Below, piece by piece: positions 10,197 through 16,291 of a stretch of DNA of 64,000 nt (its first letter is position 1; the number at the start of each line of letters is the position of its first letter). Location: contig JAICQL010000009.1 in assembly GCA_025937895.1 (NCBI GenBank), positions 6,896-70,895 on the forward strand. Reading direction: 5' to 3'. A program made the translations under genes and the position numbers. Source of the stretch: Polyangiaceae bacterium. Its GTDB lineage: Bacteria; Myxococcota_A; Polyangia; Polyangiales; Polyangiaceae. The notes under the pieces were generated by a model. That model did no database searches, had not been told where the DNA came from, and was given only the letters and a program-made list of their open reading frames with translations.

Positions 10197-12104
10197 ATGA
10201 GCCACTTATCTAGACTGCGAGTCGTCTTTCATGGACGGTTCCAGGCGGACGTCTCGACCGTGAACAACGACGTTCGTCACTTCGACAATGCAGCGTTCAT
10301 CGACGCCTACCAGGAGCCGCAGGCAGGTGGCTCCCTGAACGGCTGGTGGAATCCGGACGGCACCGGCGCGTTTCGCCTCTCGGATTGCGTGGTAACCGAG
10401 CTGGGGCTGGAGGATGGCAGCGTCGTGCGGGATCCTGGCGTCATCCCGGTCGGCCTGGCCATCACCGATGCCAACGATCGGGTGAGCGGCAAGCTGGTCG
10501 ATCTCGATCCGCAGTGGCAGATGGCGTCCGCGATCTGGGGGCTCACGGTCCGGCTGGTGGCTGAAGACGGCACGGAGCTGCTGTCGGGGCGCTTCGAAGC
10601 CGCGCCATTTCGAGATCTCGCCTTCGGTCGCGCACCGGCTCCCGGCTCGGGCGGTGCGAGCGCCTGCTTCACCTCGGTGCTGAGCGAGCTCGTCTGGGCA
10701 CCGGAGCTGAGGAATCGGGCCCCGATCCTCGATCGGCTGCGGCAGAGCACGGCCGATGGCGTGCTGGCGATCCGCCTGATGACGTACGCCTATGCAGGCA
10801 GCTCGTCACGGCCCGGGTTCACCTTCGGCAGGATCAGCGGCATCATCGGACCTCAGGATCGCCTGCGCCCGCGCTCCTTCGTGCTGGGTCGTCGCCTCGT
10901 GCCGTCGCCTCAGACCATCGGCAGCGGGACCGCGAATTTCTGCGATGCCGTCATCGCCGCTGGCGGCGACGGCATCTTGTTCGATCTGGGCAACGCCGTG
11001 CCGCTCGATGCCAGCTTCGTGCCGGTCGACATGGGGCCACTGCAAGTCGTGGCGCTGGCCGATGATAGCGTGGCTCCGGGCGGGCCCGTGTCAGCGCAGC
11101 AGTACACTGCCATCGGCACCATCGAGGGCTACGCGAACGAAGGGTTCTTGACCCGCTCGGGCGGGATTGTCGACGTACGCGCAGCCATCCCCGCGATGGC
11201 CACTGTGCGCTCGCGGCCTATCGCCATCCTGATGGGAGAGGGCTCGGCCACGACGGTCGTGTGGCGCGAGACGAAGGAGGGCCGCCTGGTGCGAGCCGAG
11301 CAGTTCGTGCAGCGCCCGTACCCCGGGGACGTGGTGCGCGATCGATTGTGGGCGGCCCAGTGGGGAGAGCCGTTGCCGGGGGCGCAGCTCGCCTTGCAGC
11401 TGCTGCCGCCCGTTGCGGGCCTCGGCGGCAGTGGCCGGCCCACGCCAGACGTGCCGATTCCGCGCATCAATCAGCCGGCGAGCTCGCTCACCGTGCCGCA
11501 GACGGTGGTGACCAACGGCAATGGTTATGCGGAGCTCGCCATCCAGACCCGGGACCCGGAGTCACCCCGTGGCTACGTGGATGGCCAGATCTATCTGATC
11601 AGCTACAACTTCCCCGGCGAGCAGGCCATCGAGCAACCTTCCGTCGGGCTACCGCTCGATTGCTACGCGCTCCTGCTGTTCAGCGCGTTTCAGCCGAAGC
11701 ACGACCCGCCCAGCTGGGCTGACGATATCGCGCCCATCCTGCAGCAATATGCCAATCTCTACCCGATCATGAGCCGCTCGTTGTTCGATCTGGGCGACGA
11801 GAGTGCCGTAGCGCTGCACCAGAAGCTGCTGACGTTCGCCTTCGGGCTGCCCATGGACCACCCCAATCACATGCCCGTCACCCGCGATCTTTCACCCAGG
11901 AAGCGCGACGCCATTCTCACCTACCTCGCCAGCGTGAAGCCCCAGCCGGCGGCCATCGTCGCCGAGTTGCGCCCGGCCGCGGCGCATCGCAAGTCGGCAA
12001 GCTTGCTGAATGCCGGCGCCTCCGCGGAGACGGATGGCAAGCAGGCCTTCGCCGCATCGATCGCGGCTGCGCTCGAGGCCACTGCTCGGGAGACCACGCC
12101 ATGA
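10197..12104 (+). CDS. 635-aa protein of unknown function, no transmembrane segment or recognisable motif
   Basis: This is the internal ATG (M40) of ORF 10080..12104, preceded by GAGCGGGGAGCA. Codon 4 is TTA (10206-10208). The stop overlaps the next start (ATGA at 12101-12104). Confidence 0.8.
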   Translation: MSHLSRLRVVFHGRFQADVSTVNNDVRHFDNAAFIDAYQEPQAGGSLNGWWNPDGTGAFRLSDCVVTELGLEDGSVVRDPGVIPVGLAITDANDRVSGKLVDLDPQWQMASAIWGLTVRLVAEDGTELLSGRFEAAPFRDLAFGRAPAPGSGGASACFTSVLSELVWAPELRNRAPILDRLRQSTADGVLAIRLMTYAYAGSSSRPGFTFGRISGIIGPQDRLRPRSFVLGRRLVPSPQTIGSGTANFCDAVIAAGGDGILFDLGNAVPLDASFVPVDMGPLQVVALADDSVAPGGPVSAQQYTAIGTIEGYANEGFLTRSGGIVDVRAAIPAMATVRSRPIAILMGEGSATTVVWRETKEGRLVRAEQFVQRPYPGDVVRDRLWAAQWGEPLPGAQLALQLLPPVAGLGGSGRPTPDVPIPRINQPASSLTVPQTVVTNGNGYAELAIQTRDPESPRGYVDGQIYLISYNFPGEQAIEQPSVGLPLDCYALLLFSAFQPKHDPPSWADDIAPILQQYANLYPIMSRSLFDLGDESAVALHQKLLTFAFGLPMDHPNHMPVTRDLSPRKRDAILTYLASVKPQPAAIVAELRPAAAHRKSASLLNAGASAETDGKQAFAASIAAALEATARETTP

Positions 12105-13156
12105 ATGCGCTGCGCATGCCGGTCCGTCACGTACGAGCGGTGCGTGACGGAGACGTTGCGGAGCTGCGGGAGGCCTTGCAGAAGGCCATCGAGCTCGAGC
12201 ACGCTACCATCCCCACCTATCTCTACTCGCTGTTCAGCGTTGAGCTGGGCACGAACATCGAGGCCGCCGGCATCGTACGCTCGGTCGTCATCGAGGAGAT
12301 GTTGCACATGGCCATCGCGGCCAACGTGCTGAACGCCATCGGCGGCACGCCCATCATCGACAAGCCCGGCTTCATCCCCACCTATCCTGGGCCCGTGCCG
12401 CTCGACATCGATGGCCTGGTCGTGCACCTGCGCAAGCTGTCGCGGCAGCAGGTCGAGGACACGTTCCGCGCCATCGAGATGCCGGAGGATCCGCGCGATA
12501 TTCCCGTCGAGAGGCTGGCCGCGCCGGCAGCCGCCAAGATCGCTCAGACGTACGCGACCATCGGCCAGTTCTACCAGGCCATCATGGACAAGCTCCGAGA
12601 GCTGGGGGACGACATCTTCACCGGCGAGCCCGCGCGGCAGGTCACCAGTGAGCGATGGTTCGCCGAGGAGCTGGTCGCGGTCACGGGCCCGGAGGTCGCC
12701 TGCCAGCAGCTCCGGCTGATCGTGACCCAGGGCGAGGGCCCCATGGGCGGGCAGATCCCCGTGGAGCAGGGGCGAGCCGCACACTACTACCGGTTCGGCG
12801 AGATCGTTTACGGCGGGCGGCTCGTGGTCAAAGCCGACGGCAGCTACGTCTATGACACCAGCCAGCCCGTGACCCTCGACATGGACCACGTCTACGACTT
12901 GCTCGAAGACGCGCGGCTCTCCGACTACCCGGAGGGCACCAATGTCCGCCAGCTCGCCGAAGAGTGCAACCTCGCCTACAGCAACCTGCTGCGAGCGCTC
13001 CACCTCGCCTTCAACGGCCGTCCTGCACAGCTCGATGCCGCGATCGGCCTGATGTACGAGCTACGGCTGCTGTGCTCCCGCCTGGTTCAGATGGAGGCGC
13101 CAGGCCGCGGCGGCAAGCGCGCCGCGCCACCGTTCTCGTATATGTCTCACGACTGA
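12101..13156 (+). CDS. Ferritin-like protein with two E-x-x-H motifs
   Basis: 351 aa. The two E-x-x-H motifs are in helix-like contexts: KAIELEHATIPTYLYSLFS and VVIEEMLHMAIAANVLNAIGG. It is translationally coupled to the upstream gene. Confidence 0.85.
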   Translation: MNALRMPVRHVRAVRDGDVAELREALQKAIELEHATIPTYLYSLFSVELGTNIEAAGIVRSVVIEEMLHMAIAANVLNAIGGTPIIDKPGFIPTYPGPVPLDIDGLVVHLRKLSRQQVEDTFRAIEMPEDPRDIPVERLAAPAAAKIAQTYATIGQFYQAIMDKLRELGDDIFTGEPARQVTSERWFAEELVAVTGPEVACQQLRLIVTQGEGPMGGQIPVEQGRAAHYYRFGEIVYGGRLVVKADGSYVYDTSQPVTLDMDHVYDLLEDARLSDYPEGTNVRQLAEECNLAYSNLLRALHLAFNGRPAQLDAAIGLMYELRLLCSRLVQMEAPGRGGKRAAPPFSYMSHD

Positions 13157-13448
13157 CGCCGGGCGCACCGGCAGCTCGCCAGCGGCGTACCCGCTGGCGG
13201 CGCACCACTGGCGGCATTTCGTATCTTCAGTACGCAACCACTCGTCACGAGCGGACGACACGGGGGGAGGCGAGGGGGGCGGCTTCGTGGCGAAGGCCTC
13301 GGAGCGGTGCTGGGCATGCTCTGCGGTGCAGAAAGCTGGAGAGCGCTGGCCTCCCAGGCGAGGGCACGCCATGCCCAGGGGGGCGGCAGGCGTTGAGCTT
13401 TGGCTGGCAGCAGCGGCGGTATCGCTGAACCCTCAACGATCCCGCCAG

Positions 13449-13531
13449 TAGCCCCTGCCGGGGTCGAACCGGCACGCCTGTTAGGGCGAGGGATTTTAAA
13501 TCCCCTGCGTCTGCCATTCCGCCAAGGGGCC
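13449..13531 (-). tRNA. tRNA-Leu, anticodon UAA
   Basis: The minus strand reads GGCCCCUUGGCGGAAUGGCAGACGCAGGGGAUUUAAAAUCCCUCGCCCUAACAGGCGUGCCGGUUCGACCCCGGCAGGGGCUA. It has an anticodon loop UUUAAAA, a long variable arm, a GUUCGAC T-loop and an A73 discriminator. CCA is not encoded. It closely resembles E. coli tRNA-Leu(UAA). Confidence 0.85.
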
Positions 13532-13680
13532 AGAGCGCAGCACTATCCCAGCGTTGGCGGCGAGTCCAGCGCCTGCAGGCGGCTGCGCTGCAGCCCCGGG
13601 CCCGGGAGATTCCGCTTGCCTTTGCGCGGCAGCCCGAGCGCGTGCGGGCAGGGTGGGCGCGGCGGAAGCCGCCAGTGCGC

Positions 13681-13710
13681 CGGCGTCTCGCGGCGTCTCG
13701 CGGCGTCTCG
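13681..13710. repeat. Perfect tandem repeat, 3 x 10 bp (CGGCGTCTCG)
   Basis: Read directly. It lies in the 454-bp region between tRNA-Leu and peptide C. Confidence 0.9.
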
Positions 13711-13740
13711 GGCGTGGGCCGCACTGTGTCGCAGACGCGC

Positions 13741-13782
13741 GCGACGGGCTGCATGCTCGGCGCGACGCGCTGCATGCTCGGC
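13741..13782. repeat. Tandem repeat, 2 x 21 bp (GCGACGSGCTGCATGCTCGGC)
   Basis: Read directly. There is one mismatch between the copies. Confidence 0.9.
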
Positions 13783-13985
13783 GACAGTGAAGCGAGCGAG
13801 CGCCCTGCACCGCTGGTAGGAGTTCTGTGCAGCGCGCTGTTCGCGGCGCGCTGGACGGCGCGGCTCGCCGCCTGCCAGGGGAGCTGTTGCATCGTGTTTT
13901 TGCGCAACTCCAGCGAGCGATGGCCCGACTGGAGTCGTACATGGGCGGCAATGGAGTTCGCCCGCCAACGAGGAAGAACGATCAC

Positions 13986-14213
13986 ATGAACAACAACGAA
14001 TTTGTGGGCGTGGAGCTGTCGGATGCAGAGCTGGCGTCGGTCCAGGGTGGCGGTTTCTTCGGCGACGTGTGGGACGGCATCAAGAAGGGCGCCAACTGGG
14101 TGAAGAACGCGGCGAAGGACGCCTACGAGTGGGCCACGGGCGATGGCAAGGGCATCGTGAGCGCGGGCGTGGCCATCGGCACTGCGATCTTCGCGATCGA
14201 GCGCAAGTACTGA
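13986..14213 (+). CDS. Double-glycine-leader bacteriocin-like peptide C (75 aa)
   Basis: This is the internal ATG (M54) of ORF 13827..14213, with AGGAAG upstream: MNNNEFVGVELSDAELASVQGG | GFFGDVWDGIKKGANWVKNAAKDAYEWATGDGKGIVSAGVAIGTAIFAIERKY. It is a paralog of peptide D. Confidence 0.8.
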   Translation: MNNNEFVGVELSDAELASVQGGGFFGDVWDGIKKGANWVKNAAKDAYEWATGDGKGIVSAGVAIGTAIFAIERKY

Positions 14214-14552
14214 AGACGAACCCCGAACGAGGGACACTGCTCCAGTGCGAGCTGGAGCTCGAAAAACCCATCGCTGGTGGCGAACCATCAATGAAATACG
14301 GCACGGAACAGTCGCCCCTCTCGAGCAGGGGCGGCTGTTGCCTCGGGCCAGCAGCGTGGTGAAGCACAGGGCTCGAGCGGGTAGCTCGAGCACGTGGCCC
14401 GACCATGGTGAGCAGCAGGACGAAGCCCCCGTGATTGCCTGAATGTGGCGATCATCGTGGGGCTTTGGAGCGTTTGTCATTCCGCGGTGTCGCCGCCGTG
14501 TCTCCGGCACTCGGTGGTGGCGCGAGTGGTGATGCGCGATGCGCGGGCTCTG

Positions 14553-14605
14553 GTGTTGCATCGCCATCTGGAGCGCGGGCAATGATGCAATGCTAGATGC
14601 AACAC
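14553..14605. promoter_or_regulatory. 10-bp perfect inverted repeat GTGTTGCATC...GATGCAACAC upstream of peptide D
   Basis: The arms are at 14553-14562 and 14596-14605. An extra GATGCAAT half-site lies between them. The element ends 79 bp upstream of the peptide D ATG. Confidence 0.35.
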
Positions 14606-14683
14606 GAAACTGGATCGCTCGCTGCGCCGATAGGCCCGTACCTGGCGGCACTGGGTCGCCGGCGAACGAGGAAGAAGAGCACA

Positions 14684-14938
14684 ATGAGCAACAACAACGG
14701 CTTTGAGCAGGTGGGGATCGAGTTGTCTGAGTCCGAGCTGGCGCTGATCCATGGCGGCGGCTTCTTCGGCGATGTCTGGGATGGCATCAAGAAGGGCGCA
14801 AACTGGGTGAAGAATGCCGCGGAGGACGCCTACGATTGGGCCACGAGCGACACCGGCAAGAAGGTGCTCACCGGCGCAGCCGTGGTGATCGGTGCCATCT
14901 TCGGCGGCAGCTCGGGCAGCAAGAAGAGCAGCTACTGA
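14684..14938 (+). CDS. Double-glycine-leader bacteriocin-like peptide D (84 aa)
   Basis: This is the internal ATG (M30) of ORF 14597..14938, with AGGAAGAAG upstream: MSNNNGFEQVGIELSESELALIHGG | GFFGDVWDGIKKGANWVKNAAEDAYDWATSDTGKKVLTGAAVVIGAIFGGSSGSKKSSY. Confidence 0.8.
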   Translation: MSNNNGFEQVGIELSESELALIHGGGFFGDVWDGIKKGANWVKNAAEDAYDWATSDTGKKVLTGAAVVIGAIFGGSSGSKKSSY

Positions 14939-15090
14939 GCGCCGTCTGGCTCGGCACGAGTCGGCATACCGCTGCGCGGCACAGGCATCCATGTCGCGAC
15001 CCGGCCATTACCTTGGGGCAAGACAGTCGCCCTCCTGGTTCGCACGTTTTCGCCGGTGCGCTCTTCTCTGGAGCGCACCAGCGCTTCGCG

Positions 15091-15170
15091 CAGCGGGGCG
15101 CGGCTGTCACGCGATAGGATAAACAGCGGTGCGGCTGTCACGCGACGGGGAAACAGCGGGTGGCTGCCAC
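15091..15170. repeat. Roughly 31-bp tandem repeat, about 2.5 copies (CAGCGGnGCGGCTGTCACGCGAnnGGnAAA)
   Basis: Read directly. It lies about 130 nt beyond the 3' end of tRNA-Cys. Confidence 0.7.
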
Positions 15171-15302
15171 CGGCTCGCCCGTGAGGCCTGTCGCGTCTGA
15201 GGCCGGGTCCCCACCGGCGTCGCCTTCCAAGGCACCCTCGAGACCTGCGCGCTGCTCGCCGCTCCAGATCAGCATCAGCATCCGGGAGCGACGGGCAGAC
15301 TC

Positions 15303-15377
15303 TGGAGGCGAGGACCGGATTCGAACCGGCGTATGGCGGTTTTGCAAACCGCTGCCTAACCACTTGGCTACCTCGCC
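15303..15377 (-). tRNA. tRNA-Cys, anticodon GCA
   Basis: The minus strand reads GGCGAGGUAGCCAAGUGGUUAGGCAGCGGUUUGCAAAACCGCCAUACGCCGGUUCGAAUCCGGUCCUCGCCUCCA. It folds as a cloverleaf, has a GCA anticodon, and encodes CCA. Confidence 0.9.
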
Positions 15378-15431
15378 GAGGCCGGGCAGGTACTTACACC
15401 AAGCCTCCGGCAGAGAAAAGCCATCTCTCGC

Positions 15432-16286
15432 CTACTTGCGGCCGCGCGGATCGGGCGTGTTTTTGCCGTGGGTCACGTAGCTGAGGATCACGTCGTCCAG
15501 CGATTCCTGTGGGGCGGCGCCAAAAATGGACTCGGCACTGGGCTTTGCTTCCAGCACGGCCGAGGGCCTGCCGAGCGAGCGCCTTTGCTTGGGCGCGCCG
15601 GAGCGGCTGCGCTTCTTCCCGCCGTCTGGCGGGCGCGACGGGCGGGTGCCACGACCGGCAGGGGGGCGGCTGGGGCGCGCCTGCGCGGGCGGCGTGGAGG
15701 GCCTGCGCGCGGCTTGCCGCGATGAGGGTGGCTCCGCTGAAGACGCCGGCTGCGCAGAGGAGGGCGGCTGCGCGCGAGATAGCGGCTCAGCGTCCGGCTC
15801 GCGCCGTTCGCCGCCGGCTGCCATTGCCGTGGCCTCGGCGACGGCCGCCGATGACACGGCCGGCGACGACACGGCCGCAGACGACAGCCGCCCGGATACG
15901 CTGGAGGACTGCGCGCGCTGCACGGCGTGGGTACCCGTCTGGCGCGGCTCCGCCAGCTCTTCCGCGGCAGAGGGCACCTCGCTGCGCAGGCTGTCGATGG
16001 TCGCATCGAGACGGCCGTCACGCAGGTCGATGGCCATGGCGCGATGCTGCTCGCGCATCATGCGATGGATCATCGCCGGGCGATCGGGGTGATCCACATA
16101 CTCCGAGTAGTCCGTGCGCAGGCTCTTGATCACCCGGCCACCGTCGGCGAACAGATGAGTGATGATGTGCGGTCGGGTGACGCCCGAGTCCTCGGTCTGG
16201 ATGTGGAAGCGCATCCCGCGGTAGCGGACGTTGTTGTTGAACCCGACGAGCGGTGGCGGCGTGCTCTGCACTTTGTTCCTTGGCAC
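15432..16286 (-). CDS. Conserved-looking hypothetical protein: structured N-terminal domain of about 100 aa plus a Ser/Pro/Ala/Arg-rich tail
   Basis: 284 aa: MPRNKVQSTPPPLVGFNNNVRYRGMRFHIQTEDSGVTRPHIITHLFADGGRVIKS... It begins 5 nt after the stop of the upstream signalling gene. Confidence 0.7.
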   Translation of the reverse strand: MPRNKVQSTPPPLVGFNNNVRYRGMRFHIQTEDSGVTRPHIITHLFADGGRVIKSLRTDYSEYVDHPDRPAMIHRMMREQHRAMAIDLRDGRLDATIDSLRSEVPSAAEELAEPRQTGTHAVQRAQSSSVSGRLSSAAVSSPAVSSAAVAEATAMAAGGERREPDAEPLSRAQPPSSAQPASSAEPPSSRQAARRPSTPPAQARPSRPPAGRGTRPSRPPDGGKKRSRSGAPKQRRSLGRPSAVLEAKPSAESIFGAAPQESLDDVILSYVTHGKNTPDPRGRK

Positions 16287-16291
16287 CCGCC

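Noticed and set aside
13874-13892. Sigma-54-like -24/-12 element (GG...TTGCAT) upstream of peptide C, with a similar element upstream of peptide D
   Set aside because: The GG-to-GC spacing does not fit the strict TGGCAC-N5-TTGCW geometry in either copy. The TTGCAT is better explained as part of the shared TGCATC dyads.
13245-14684. 479-aa minus-strand ORF spanning tRNA-Leu and peptide C
   Set aside because: It runs straight through a tRNA gene and tandem repeats and has non-protein-like composition. The opposite-strand peptide gene is supported by paralog comparison.
13681-15170. Tandem repeats considered as a CRISPR array (also those at 42833, 53848 and 61544)
   Set aside because: The units are 10-31 bp in direct tandem with no unique spacers. 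No cas genes are in the window.
7584-15377. Integrative element or prophage at the tRNA genes
   Set aside because: No integrase, excisionase, transposase or phage gene is present, and I could not find a direct repeat of a tRNA 3' end. It is kept only as an accessory-block hypothesis.
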